From NCBI RefSeq assembly GCF_024223415.1, contig NZ_CP100501.1: DNA of 64,000 nt, one strand, 5' to 3'. Below the pieces are notes generated by a model. The model was not told where the DNA came from and did no database searches. It saw only the letters and a list, made by a program, of their open reading frames with translations. Below, piece by piece: positions 41,609-51,500 of this stretch; within the stretch, counting starts at the first letter, position 1, and every line of letters starts with the position of its first letter. Position numbers and translations under genes: made by a program. The DNA is from Escherichia coli. Lineage in GTDB: Bacteria; Pseudomonadota; Gammaproteobacteria; Enterobacterales; Enterobacteriaceae.

Positions 41609-41955
41609 TGGAGCACCTCAAAAACACCATCATACACTAAATCAGTAAGTTGGCAGCATCACCCGCGAATTATTAAATAAATACCATGGGCTCTCTCGTA
41701 TTAGCCAAAAATTAAGGCAAAAAGGCTCGAGACCTTAGTAATAGAACAAGAGCTTGAAGATACCGATGTCAATTGGTTTGAGACGTGCCTTAAAGCAAAA
41801 GAAAAAAAGTTTGGCAGCAGCTTCCCCCAAAATCAGAGTTAGAAAACAAAGATGATTCGTGACCTTCTATATTAAGGTCACTCGTTATCAATGATATTAG
41901 AGTGCATAAGCAAATAGAAAGAACATACCAGTCAATTACTTATACTTTCTTTGAC

Positions 41956-42405
41956 TCAATGTCGGAAATTTCGGCGGTTCCGGCGTAGAACCCCATGAAG
42001 TTGTTTTCTCCGTTTCCTTAATGAAAATTCAGCCAGAGGCGCAGCAGGATGATTATGTAGTGCACTTAATGCCCTGTTGAACTGAAGTATTCCGGCAATA
42101 TCCATCCATGAGAGATATTTATCGACGCTCACTGTGACGGTGATGCAGTCATGGGTACGGGATTTTTCATGAATTTCTGCAGCCAGAAAGAGCAGCCAGC
42201 CGCCGTTAAATGCCGGGTGGCGGAGAATGAACCGGGCAATCTCTTTTTCAACTCCATCAGGCGGAATATCGTCCGTCAGTGTCCGGATAATAAAGTGCCG
42301 GAATGCATCAGCGGTGAACTGATATGCGGCAGAGAGGGTATCCATTTTTGTTCCTCTGTAAGTTGAGAGGGCCGGCAGAACGTCACCGGCACCGGTGTGT
42401 GTCAC
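41956..42405 (-). CDS. tra-operon protein whose last 12 codons and stop are supplied by the transposon IR (C-terminus altered by insertion)
   Basis: ATGA coupling with upstream gene; reading frame crosses the insertion junction at 41994/41995; in the reconstructed empty site the frame would continue about 37 codons. Confidence 0.5.
   Translation of the reverse strand: MTHTGAGDVLPALSTYRGTKMDTLSAAYQFTADAFRHFIIRTLTDDIPPDGVEKEIARFILRHPAFNGGWLLFLAAEIHEKSRTHDCITVTVSVDKYLSWMDIAGILQFNRALSALHNHPAAPLAEFSLRKRRKQLHGVLRRNRRNFRH
41963..41994 (-). repeat. Tn3-family terminal inverted repeat (distal)
   Basis: Exact reverse complement of 36535-36566. Confidence 0.75.
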
Positions 42406-43220
42406 ATGACGTACTTTTTGTCAGGAAACGAATCCGGCAGCAGGATAAGCGCCACACCGTCCATTTTCTCCCGCAACATTTGACGCTGTGCCGGCGGCCA
42501 GCGGCGCAGTGCATCAGCAAAATCCGCCGGACGCCAGGTGCGAAATTTCTCCTCAACGGCCAGGCGGTTCTGTACCAGGGCATTCAGTACGGCCCGTCCC
42601 TGTCTGACTCGCTTACGCTCATCGCTGAAAATTTCCTTCAGTGCCCGTGCATTGAGAGCAACTACCGAGGCCGGATGCAAATCAGGGAGCCAGACCATCA
42701 CCCCCTGTGCGGCAGCGTAGCCGTTCAGGCAGTGCCAGGCGTGGCAGAAGGCACAGAGATGAAAGGGCGGGCCTTCCGGCTGCAGCAGTTCACTTTCATT
42801 TTCGCTGAGTGCATCTGTTGTGACGATTTGTGACTTTTCCACATGACGCAGGGCCAGTCGCCTGGCCGACAGGCGGGCCTGTGCCAGGGACCGCTCCGCA
42901 TCCTGCAGGGTTCGGGTGTGTTTCTTTTTTTCGTCAGCGTTTTCCGGTACCGGATGTTTTTTCAGGCGCATCACCCGGGTGAGGTTTTTTTCCAGCAGGA
43001 CGACCGTATCCCGGCAGGTGTCAGCCATCTGCTGTAATGGCCATGAATCCTCCAGAATGAAGCGGTGAGTGACGGTCCTGCGACAGCAGGGACAGCGTCC
43101 GGGTGTTGAGAGCACGGGTGGTGGCAGCAGGGATTCACCGCTGAATACCGTGTCCGGTTGCGGGAGCGGGAAAAGCCAGCGTTCCCGGGCCGGGGCGATG
43201 AGTGGCGGTGTTTTGTTCAT
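42402..43220 (-). CDS. traT: TraT-like transfer protein (assignment by position and size)
   Basis: 272-aa ORF; synteny only; true start uncertain (overlaps a 94-aa ORF at 43135-43419 that may be traS). Confidence 0.45.
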   Translation of the reverse strand: MNKTPPLIAPARERWLFPLPQPDTVFSGESLLPPPVLSTPGRCPCCRRTVTHRFILEDSWPLQQMADTCRDTVVLLEKNLTRVMRLKKHPVPENADEKKKHTRTLQDAERSLAQARLSARRLALRHVEKSQIVTTDALSENESELLQPEGPPFHLCAFCHAWHCLNGYAAAQGVMVWLPDLHPASVVALNARALKEIFSDERKRVRQGRAVLNALVQNRLAVEEKFRTWRPADFADALRRWPPAQRQMLREKMDGVALILLPDSFPDKKYVM

Positions 43221-43442
43221 ACGTTTTTCTCTCTGTATACAGGGTGACGGCAGCCAGAATCAGTGCTGCGATGGCGGTGGAATAACACTCTGCAAACACA
43301 AACTCCTGATTATCCCGGTTGTCGCGGGCAATCACGTTGCCGTGCTCTGTTCTGAGCAGGGTGAAAGGGGGCAGCTCACAGGACATGGTCTGGTCCTCTT
43401 CATTGTGTGAAGACGGCACCGGGAAACCGGTGCCGTTGTGGA

Positions 43443-43841
43443 TTAACTGATGGAGACCGGAGAAAGACCGAGCGTTTTCTGTCCGCTGCTCATCATTTCC
43501 GGTACGACGGCAAGACAGGCACCGACCACAATGGACAGTATGCAGGCCAGCCCTGCTCCGGGTTTTTTACCGATTTGTTTGAGGCCAAGCAGGCCGGCAA
43601 TAAAGAGCACCAGGCCAATAACCTGAGCGATGGTCACAAATGAACTGCTGGAGCCTTTTGCACCATCGCCAACGGTTTTGATCATATCGAATAGGGTGTT
43701 TGCCATCGCTGTGTGGGGCAGCAGTATCACGGGAAGCAGAAGTAACAGGCGTATCAGCCGGTCACGGCAGGCCACCAGGCATAACTGAACATAAATAAAT
43801 GCAGCGCACAGACGCGCCGCCATGGCACGGAATCGTGACAT
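43443..43841 (-). CDS. traR: TraR-like small membrane protein
   Basis: Hydrophobic; synteny; start uncertain. Confidence 0.45.
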   Translation of the reverse strand: MSRFRAMAARLCAAFIYVQLCLVACRDRLIRLLLLLPVILLPHTAMANTLFDMIKTVGDGAKGSSSSFVTIAQVIGLVLFIAGLLGLKQIGKKPGAGLACILSIVVGACLAVVPEMMSSGQKTLGLSPVSIS

Positions 43842-43887
43842 ATAGTCTCCTTAACTAACAGACTGAATTACTGAAAATGAATGTGGA

Positions 43888-44418
43888 TCAGAAGGCGAGA
43901 CCAAGACTCGCCAGAGAGGCATCGATGACGCGATCGATAAAAACCAGCAGAACGCCGGCAACAAACTTGACGTTTCCTTTGCTGATGGACTCACTGCTGC
44001 TCAGGGCGGTATGCCCGTCCAGCAGGGATTTACGCCAGATGGAAATGCCGTTCATGGCAAATCCCACTCCGGCCAGTTTTACCAGTGAGAGCATGGCATT
44101 GGCGGCACCGGCAGCGGCACCAAAGGTGGTTGGTTGTACATAAGCGATAGGGCCGAAGGAATCTGCCCTGAATCCCATCTGGGTACCCCCGGCATTGATG
44201 AAGGATGGCAGGGCGACCAGCATGCCGCAGATGACGATACCGGCGATAAATTTTCCCGGTCCCATACTGTGACGCCCTTCTGCCCGGGCGCGCATCAGAT
44301 GACCAATCAGGCCGATAATCCCCAGCAGCTCTCCCCAGGTGAAGAGAAACTCCATGCCTGCACTGAATATACCGCTGGCAAAGTTCTCTATGGCTGTCAG
44401 GGCATCAATGCTCATCAT
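43888..44418 (-). CDS. traQ: TraQ-like membrane protein
   Basis: 176 aa, multiple TM; synteny. Confidence 0.55.
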   Translation of the reverse strand: MMSIDALTAIENFASGIFSAGMEFLFTWGELLGIIGLIGHLMRARAEGRHSMGPGKFIAGIVICGMLVALPSFINAGGTQMGFRADSFGPIAYVQPTTFGAAAGAANAMLSLVKLAGVGFAMNGISIWRKSLLDGHTALSSSESISKGNVKFVAGVLLVFIDRVIDASLASLGLAF

Positions 44419-45128
44419 CGTAATGTACCGGCAGAGGTGATGACTGAGCGGCTGGACGGTTCAATCCGGGTGATGGTGATATTCCCCAGCCTGTCACCTT
44501 CCCGTACTGCCCAGGCGCTACCCTGCCAGCGGATCCAGGCCATTCCTTTTTCCACCGACATGATTTGCATGCCCTGCAGGCGGGAAGGCGGGGTTTTCGT
44601 TGACTGGCCGTTATTCCCGGTCGGGATTTGCAGTGGTCCCTGCATCTGCAGGGCATGCACCTGCTTACGGGTTTCATCAAGCAACTGACGGGTTTCCTGT
44701 GCCCAGGCCTCATCTTTCCGTATGGTGTCGCCAAGGGTTGTGATGCTCTCTTTCAGCATGGTCAGGGTACGTCGGATTTCCTCATCCCGCCTGTCCAGCT
44801 CTGCTTTCAGGTCACGGGCAAGCTGCTGCATGTCTGCCTGTGGGGTGACAGGAGGCGCGGACATGGTGTTTCCGCTCCCGGTCTCCGTTATGGGCATGGG
44901 CTCTGCCCAGCTTTCGGCTGCGGGCGGTGTGACAGCGAAGCCTGCATCTGCAGGGGGCTCTGAGGGTGTCCGCAGAAACTTGTACCAGACTGCGGCCAGG
45001 ATGATGAGGACACAGCCGGCCCAGACTGGCAGGCTGTATCCCATATACTGGCGTTTCAGGAAGGATTTGCCGGATGCCGGTGTCGTTGTTTCGCCAAAAC
45101 TGCCGGGATCTTCATGTTCGTTTTTCAT
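44415..45128 (-). CDS. traP: TraP-like protein (DotF/IcmG-like, single TM, coiled coil)
   Basis: 237 aa; synteny. Confidence 0.55.
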   Translation of the reverse strand: MKNEHEDPGSFGETTTPASGKSFLKRQYMGYSLPVWAGCVLIILAAVWYKFLRTPSEPPADAGFAVTPPAAESWAEPMPITETGSGNTMSAPPVTPQADMQQLARDLKAELDRRDEEIRRTLTMLKESITTLGDTIRKDEAWAQETRQLLDETRKQVHALQMQGPLQIPTGNNGQSTKTPPSRLQGMQIMSVEKGMAWIRWQGSAWAVREGDRLGNITITRIEPSSRSVITSAGTLR

Positions 45129-46456
45129 GGATGACTTTCCTGTTGTATTCCGTAACGTTGCCGCATTTCGTTCTGTTTACGCATGACAGCTGCCTGGATC
45201 CTGTCAGACGCCTGACGCTCTGCTTCTTCCTGGGTGAGCGGGCGTCCGGAGGGCGGTGGCACAGAAGGGGCAGTGCCGGAGGAGGGGGGACTGATATCGT
45301 TGCTCATGACCGGCTCAACAAACAGAATGGAGACAACCTCTCCGCGTGACACTGTCACCTGCCGGTAAGGTTCGCTCTCCGCCTGGCGGGTCAGCAACTG
45401 ACTGCCCCGTTCGGCCATGCCGCCTGCAATGACGCCAGCCAGCGCCTCGCCATCAGGCATTCCCACCCTGCCAGTAATGCTGCCGTAGTTTCCCTGAATG
45501 ACCTGTGTGTTGGCGTCTTTGTAAAGACTTCCGACACTGCCCACCCCACCGAGCACAGACGGCAGAACGATATGCTTAAACCAGCGGTGGTTCACGTCGC
45601 TGGCCACGGATGACATGCCGGTATGTTCATTCAGGGCATATGCATTGACTTTCAGAAACATGCCCCGCCACATCATCCGGTCAAAGTGGATATCCATTCC
45701 CTTGCCGGCGAGTCTGGCGTCCTGGCTGTAGAGGACGGCCCCGGCCCATGGGCCGGCAGGTACGGAGGCCACCACGCGGGAGACAGCATTGTCAGAGTCC
45801 ACTTCCGTATCAATGAAGGCAGGTACGCGGGTCAGTGCCGGTATCAGCTGTATCCCTGTACGAGCTGCCGGGGTTGCCAGACTGGCCTCCTGCAGACGTG
45901 GTTGTGGTGATGTGCCGGTACCGGGTGGTGAGGCGTGTGAGCTTATCCCGGGAGCACCAGTGGCACCCCACATTGCAGCCGCCACTACCGGGGGGCGGGC
46001 GTCAGGATGCTGTGTGTTGATGCGGGCAAGCAGTTTTTGTAACGCTTCCCGCTGTTTTTCCCGGGCTGTTTGATCTGCCTGAGGGGGCGTTGATGGTTGA
46101 CCAGAACCCTCGGCCTGGTCAGCAGGCTGAGTATCCCTACTTTGATTCTTTCCGTGATCAGTATCCAGTCCCCTGGGCAGACTGGCGATGAACGTCTGGT
46201 TATTACGTAATGCTTCTGCGGCCCCGCGCTCATTGTCAGCACGCAGTAAATCCCGGTAGTGCTGTGACTCCACCACGGTCCGCCCGCTGCCTGTTGTCGT
46301 GCTGTTGATATTGACTGACGAGAGCGATGCGCTGTTTTCGGGGGAAAGCCAGGTGAGCAGCAGGTATCCGCCCCCGATGATAATCACGCTCCCGAGAACC
46401 AGCAGGGCTGACAGTTTTTTGCCGGACTTTACGGCTGTGTCCTGTTCTGCGCTCAT
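45125..46456 (-). CDS. traO: TraO (DotG/VirB10-like)
   Basis: 443 aa; N-terminal TM, Pro/Gln-rich linker, C-terminal beta domain; synteny. Confidence 0.7.
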   Translation of the reverse strand: MSAEQDTAVKSGKKLSALLVLGSVIIIGGGYLLLTWLSPENSASLSSVNINSTTTGSGRTVVESQHYRDLLRADNERGAAEALRNNQTFIASLPRGLDTDHGKNQSRDTQPADQAEGSGQPSTPPQADQTAREKQREALQKLLARINTQHPDARPPVVAAAMWGATGAPGISSHASPPGTGTSPQPRLQEASLATPAARTGIQLIPALTRVPAFIDTEVDSDNAVSRVVASVPAGPWAGAVLYSQDARLAGKGMDIHFDRMMWRGMFLKVNAYALNEHTGMSSVASDVNHRWFKHIVLPSVLGGVGSVGSLYKDANTQVIQGNYGSITGRVGMPDGEALAGVIAGGMAERGSQLLTRQAESEPYRQVTVSRGEVVSILFVEPVMSNDISPPSSGTAPSVPPPSGRPLTQEEAERQASDRIQAAVMRKQNEMRQRYGIQQESHP

Positions 46457-46459
46457 GAT

Positions 46460-47434
46460 TTACTCCAGTTCAGGGGTGACGTGAATGGACTGACCATTCA
46501 CGGAGAAGGTGAGTAAGGGAGTCACCGGCAGTTTCCACAGACGCGTACCGTCAGCAGATGCCAGCGTCTGTTCAAATTCATCCCGCAGCATGGCCCGCGA
46601 TCGCACGAGCAGATCATCGCCGTGCTGCCAGATGGTGGTGCCCGGAACATTTCCGGAGAATTTCAGCCGACGCACGGTGGGATCATCGGGAGGAACACCG
46701 TCCAGAAAGGCCTGCAGGGTGGCATCATGCAGGGCAATCTTCTCTGATGGTACGGCTACCACAGGACTGGCAGGTCCCTGACGGGGAATGCGCAGATCCA
46801 GACGGCTGTCGATCTCCTGACTCAGGGTATTGGTGTCGGTTTCACCACTGGTGATATTCAGAATGACCGGTACAGACAGTCCTTTGAGGTAGACCGTTAC
46901 ATTCCCTGCAGCCCAGGCGCGCAGGGGGGTGACGGAGACCATATTGCCGTTGAACTGCACATCAAAGTGACCGGGTGCCGCGTTATAAGGCGGATCCGAC
47001 TGAGGCCACGGGGAGCCGTTGATGTCCGTGAACGTTACCACGCTGACGTTATGCAGTGCGGTTCGGACAAGCGGCAGACTGGCCCCGGGTGACAGATTTA
47101 CCGTGAGGGAGCTGATACGGGGCACCACACTGGTGACAGGTGCGCTGATGGCCCGTTCGTTATCGGCCATTCGTCCCCGCAGTTCCCGAATTTCACCTGC
47201 ATTCAGGGGGGAATCCAGTGATGCGGCTTCCTGAACAAGAGGAGAGGCAGGTGGCGGCAGGGGGCCTGTGAGTTGTGTGGCTGGCGGGGGGCCGCCTGCG
47301 GGGGCGCTCCCGGGAGCCTGTCCTGTCTTTCCGCCAGCCTGTGGGGTTCGTGCGTTCTGCCAGCCCGGGTTATCTGCAGCCGTGACAGTGCCGCACACAA
47401 TAAGCAGTGCGCCAAGAAGATGATGTATTTGCAT
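46460..47434 (-). CDS. traN: TraN (DotH/IcmK-like outer-membrane protein)
   Basis: Signal peptide MQIHHLLGALLIVCGTVTA; synteny. Confidence 0.65.
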   Translation of the reverse strand: MQIHHLLGALLIVCGTVTAADNPGWQNARTPQAGGKTGQAPGSAPAGGPPPATQLTGPLPPPASPLVQEAASLDSPLNAGEIRELRGRMADNERAISAPVTSVVPRISSLTVNLSPGASLPLVRTALHNVSVVTFTDINGSPWPQSDPPYNAAPGHFDVQFNGNMVSVTPLRAWAAGNVTVYLKGLSVPVILNITSGETDTNTLSQEIDSRLDLRIPRQGPASPVVAVPSEKIALHDATLQAFLDGVPPDDPTVRRLKFSGNVPGTTIWQHGDDLLVRSRAMLRDEFEQTLASADGTRLWKLPVTPLLTFSVNGQSIHVTPELE

Positions 47435-47444
47435 GATATGAGTC

Positions 47445-48140
47445 TCAGGTTCCTGATGCGGCGTTACGGGAAACCATCTGGCTGATTTCCATGCCGCCGG
47501 GTTTGATTCGTGGGTCAACGCGCCGGACAGTGATTTCAAAGGTGAAGGCCTGCTCGGGGCGGGTGCTGGTCTGACCGACCAGACGCATCCTGACCGGATA
47601 CTGGAATTTCCAGAACCAGATGCCGTTTTCCATCTGGCCCTGATTCACCAGCGTGCCGGCCCCGATGGTGGCTGTGAGGTTAAATTTCTCCTTTTTAATG
47701 GTGTCCAGAATGTTGGAGGCCTGAAGAGCATTCACATAGCCGGCAAAACCGGCTTCGGAAAAGCGTGGAGCCAGTGTCGTGATTTGTTTCCTGTAGTGGA
47801 CAAAATCCAGATTAAAAGCTTCGCTCAGCGTCATGCTGCCAAACGTCATGACGTCGCTCTGACTCCAGGCTGGCTGACTGGTGGGGGCCAGGCGGACCAG
47901 CCGGCCATTGTCGGTGGCAAAGTATTCGCGCGTCACGTCGGTGGCATGCCAGTACTGTATGATATTGCCGGTCAGACTGATGACGAGAGCTGCGCTGCTA
48001 CACAGCAAGGCCCTGACCAGTCCGGGAACCAGTGCGGCCCGTTGTTCTGACTGTGCGATGGTTCTGAGCACGGGGTTATAAATATCTCCGCTGTTATCCG
48101 CTTCCGGTGAGACAGGGGAGGTGGGTTGTGCTTCGCTCAT
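47445..48140 (-). CDS. traM: TraM (DotI/IcmL-like)
   Basis: 231 aa; synteny. Confidence 0.65.
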   Translation of the reverse strand: MSEAQPTSPVSPEADNSGDIYNPVLRTIAQSEQRAALVPGLVRALLCSSAALVISLTGNIIQYWHATDVTREYFATDNGRLVRLAPTSQPAWSQSDVMTFGSMTLSEAFNLDFVHYRKQITTLAPRFSEAGFAGYVNALQASNILDTIKKEKFNLTATIGAGTLVNQGQMENGIWFWKFQYPVRMRLVGQTSTRPEQAFTFEITVRRVDPRIKPGGMEISQMVSRNAASGT

Positions 48141-48151
48141 GGTGCTCCTGT

Positions 48152-48502
48152 TCAGAGGTTATAGTCTTTCCAGGGGTCGATATTCCCCGGCAGATGTTCA
48201 TTCACCCGATCCACGACGGCATCACAGACCTGGTTTTCCAGGTCGCGGAGGAGTTTGTCCAGGCTGGGGAACTGCGGAAGAGTGATGCTGACGTCCTTGA
48301 TGCGGGACAGGCAGGACTGCAGGGAAGAGGCGACGTCATTCTCCCGCTGTGACCATGCCTGGCTGGCTGTGCGCGCCCGCTCCCAGGCGGCTCTGCTGCC
48401 GGCTTCGGCAGCGGCCCCCGCCCGGCAGGTGGCGGCACCTGCCACCGGTGATGCCAGGGTGATGCCGGTCAGTATGACCAGCAGCGTTTTTTTCATGTTC
48501 AT
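48152..48502 (-). CDS. traL: TraL small secreted protein
   Basis: Start MNMKKTLLVILTGITLASPVAGA signal peptide; synteny. Confidence 0.5.
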   Translation of the reverse strand: MNMKKTLLVILTGITLASPVAGAATCRAGAAAEAGSRAAWERARTASQAWSQRENDVASSLQSCLSRIKDVSITLPQFPSLDKLLRDLENQVCDAVVDRVNEHLPGNIDPWKDYNL

Positions 48503-48518
48503 GGTCGTCCTTACCGGC

Positions 48519-51500
48519 TCATCGGCCGGGGCTGTGAGATTGTGCCTGTTGCAGAGTTTTTTCCTGCCTGTCCTCCGCCTTTTGGCTGTCAGACCACTCT
48601 TTCCAGGTCTGCTCAAAACCCAGAGAGCGGAAAAGCTTGTCCGGCTGCTCTTCCGGTTTGTGGATGGCGGCAAACAACGGGGAGTCCTGTTGCTTCAGGT
48701 GAAACTGCATCAACTGTGGGGCAGGACGCTTAGGGCCGTCCGCATCCCGGTTGATGGCCTCACCGTAACCGGAAAACTGAAGGCCCCTGTCGGTCATGGC
48801 GTTGATGACCAGCTGACGGCTGTCCGCTGTCGGGGTGGCCAGTGCCGGGTAAAGGGTGCCGTTCAGGCGGACCACGCCCTGCATGTATTCGTCGGCGCTT
48901 TGTAACAGCAGCAGATCCAGACGCTGGCTTTGTTTGTCGACGGAGAAGATGAGCGGCGTCAGTGTGGCGGGCGGTGTTCCGTTAAGTGGAACCCGCAGTG
49001 CCGGGTCTCGCGGTGCAGCGGCTGGCTGGCGGTCCTCCCCCAGATACAGGGTGTCGGGTACTTTGTCGGGGAGACGTACATCCTGCATGAGCTGTGGCCA
49101 TCCCTGCTGTAACAGGGTCATCATCTGGCGGAATGTGGCCGCCGGATATTCCCGGATGTACTGGCCTTCATGCGGGTTATCATGCGATACGCTGATCCCG
49201 TTACAGACCGGTTTCATGGTCCAGATATTTCGCACCCATTCCGGTTTGCCCTGTGATGAAGGTGATCTCTCCCGGGCCTGCAATGTCAGCGTGACGGGGT
49301 CGCCTTTCTGGTGGTTTTTGACCAGTTCTTCCAGGCCTTTTCCCCAGTATTCCCGTTTGCCACTGCGGTTGGTGAGCTCCACAAAAAAGCAGCGCCCTTT
49401 TCCGGGCGCATACTCTTTTTCTCCGTAGTTTGTCAGGACGGCAGTCACACTTTCACCGGGTCTGAGTTTGCCGGGGGGCTCTTCCTCCGGTGTGTCGGGT
49501 TGCTGTGGCTGTGCACTGACAGCGACGTTTCCTGCTGACGATGACGGGGCGGCTGGTTGTTCCGGTGTGTCGGCCCGGGGGGCTTCAGCTTTTGCCGTGA
49601 CCGGCGCTTCCGGATGCGGTGTTTCAGCCGTACTGCCTGCAGTTTGCTCTGTTTCTGCTTTCGGTGACACAGGGGGGGCCGGTTGTGCCATTGTTGTCTC
49701 TTCCGGTGACAGGCGGTTGAGTTCCGGCGTGGGTCTGTGGGTGACGATGGCATCATGCGCCATCCCTTTCTCCTGGCGGAGTTTTTCCAGCGCAGCCCTC
49801 TGGGTCGGGAGTTTCATGCGAACCTTGATGTCGTATTCGACAATCAGTTGCATGGCTTTTTGTTTAAAGGCATCACTGCCGGTCAGCTCGATAACGCCGC
49901 CATAGAAATTGGTGGCCACAGCAAGGGCAGCCAGAACCTTTTTGTCATCCGCGCTGGCGCCATCCACCATTTCCAGACGGTTGAGTTTATCCAGGAATGC
50001 CGGTTCGCCGTCGACGCGGTAGAGCGCAGTATTGTCGGGTAACTCTTCGTGCTCAAGATTTTTAATAATCTCGTCCAGGTTGTGCCGCTGCGGACTGTCG
50101 GGACGGCGGGGCGCAAAGATAATCGTGTCCGGTTCCGTTGACGATGTGTCTTCCGGGCTGTTTTCCGGTGGTGATGGTGGTGCGACCTCCTCTGTTGCTG
50201 TTTCAGCCTCCGTGGGCTTTTTCTCCTGAATAACGGAAGGTTCTGAGGTGCGTGATTTCCCACCGGTCAGAAAACGGCGCAGACGGCTGAAAAGCGATGG
50301 CGTTTCAGGGTGGGCTGCTTCATTCGCTGTGCTGGTCTCAGTGGCAGACACAGGACGCTCTTCCTGCAGTTTATCTTCAGCCGTCGGTTCAGCGGTGGCC
50401 TGCCGGACTGGCTGAGTTTCTGCAGGTTCAGAAGGTGAGGCTGTTTCTGCTGTGCCGGTGTTGTGAACAGTGGCAGCAACCGTGGCATCGGCATTGAGCT
50501 CCTCAGGCGGTGCGTCACGGTTGTTATCGGGGACGGCAGAGGCACTCTTTTCACTGGTATCCGTTGCAGACAGAACATCCTCTTCCTGCGGTTTATTTTC
50601 TGCCGTTGCTTCAGGGGTTGCCTGCTGAACAGGCTGAGTCCCGGCAGGTTCAGAAGGTGAGGCTGTTTCTGTTGTATCGGTGTGGTGAGCCGTGGTCATC
50701 ACAGTGGCATCAGCGTTGAGGTCTTCCGCAAATGCGCTCCAGTCGTCAGCGCTGGCCATGGAGACCTGCAGTTGTTCTTCAGTCTGCGTTGTGGTGGTGT
50801 GCTGTGTCCCGGTCGCGTCGGAGACGGAGGTTTCCGGTGTGTCGTCACCTGGGGAGAGCTCTTCTGCCTGTACGCTCTGGTTGTCAGCGGTGGTGGCAGA
50901 GGCATTTTTTTCACCGGTATCAGCGGCAGGTATAACGCTCTCCTGAGGTTTGTCTTCTGCTGTTGGTTCAGGGGAGGACTTCTGAACAGGCTGAATCTCT
51001 GCAGGTTCAGGAAGCGTTCCTGTTTCTGCTGTGTTGGTGTTGTGAGCGGTGTCTGTACCTGTGGCGTCTGTATTGAGGTCTTCCTGGTCGCCAGCGGTAG
51101 CCGCAGAGGTATTCTCTGTGCCGGTATCAGCGGCAGACGCAATATTCTCCAGTGGTTTATCCGGGGATAACGTCTCCGTAGTTACTGACTGCAGGGATGC
51201 ATAGGCGGCATAGTCATCTTCATATGCCTGGTTTTCTGTCTCTTCAGTGTGGATGTCATAAGGCGTATCCGGTGTCGCCAGCACCGTTTCCGGGGCTGTG
51301 CTCTGTTTGTTTTCAGGGGACATTTGTGGCTTCTCATCTTTTACCGGTGTGAATATCAGGTTGCCGATCACGACAGCTTCACGGTGGTCGGCAGTGTCAC
51401 TGTTGGGTGTGGGGATACCGATATGTTTTAACTGTGCGTTCATGACATGCTGAAAGTCGTCCCGTCCCCGGCTGGCGTCCAGGTCATTGAAATCGGTCAG

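Larger units (their letters stand above)
40789..41663 (-). mobile_element. IS2::IS1 hybrid remnant (IS2 InsD-distal end fused to IS1 insA/insB' end)
   Basis: IS2 end TGGATTTGCCCC at 40789; IS1 IRL GGTGATGCTGCCAAC (revcomp) ending at 41663; junction inside shared 8-bp tgacggat. Confidence 0.7.

Noticed and set aside
48255-51170. Plus-strand ORFs across traL and sog (48255-48905, 48856-49428, 50682-51170 and others)
   Set aside because: Antisense shadow ORFs in a GC-rich repeat-containing primase gene
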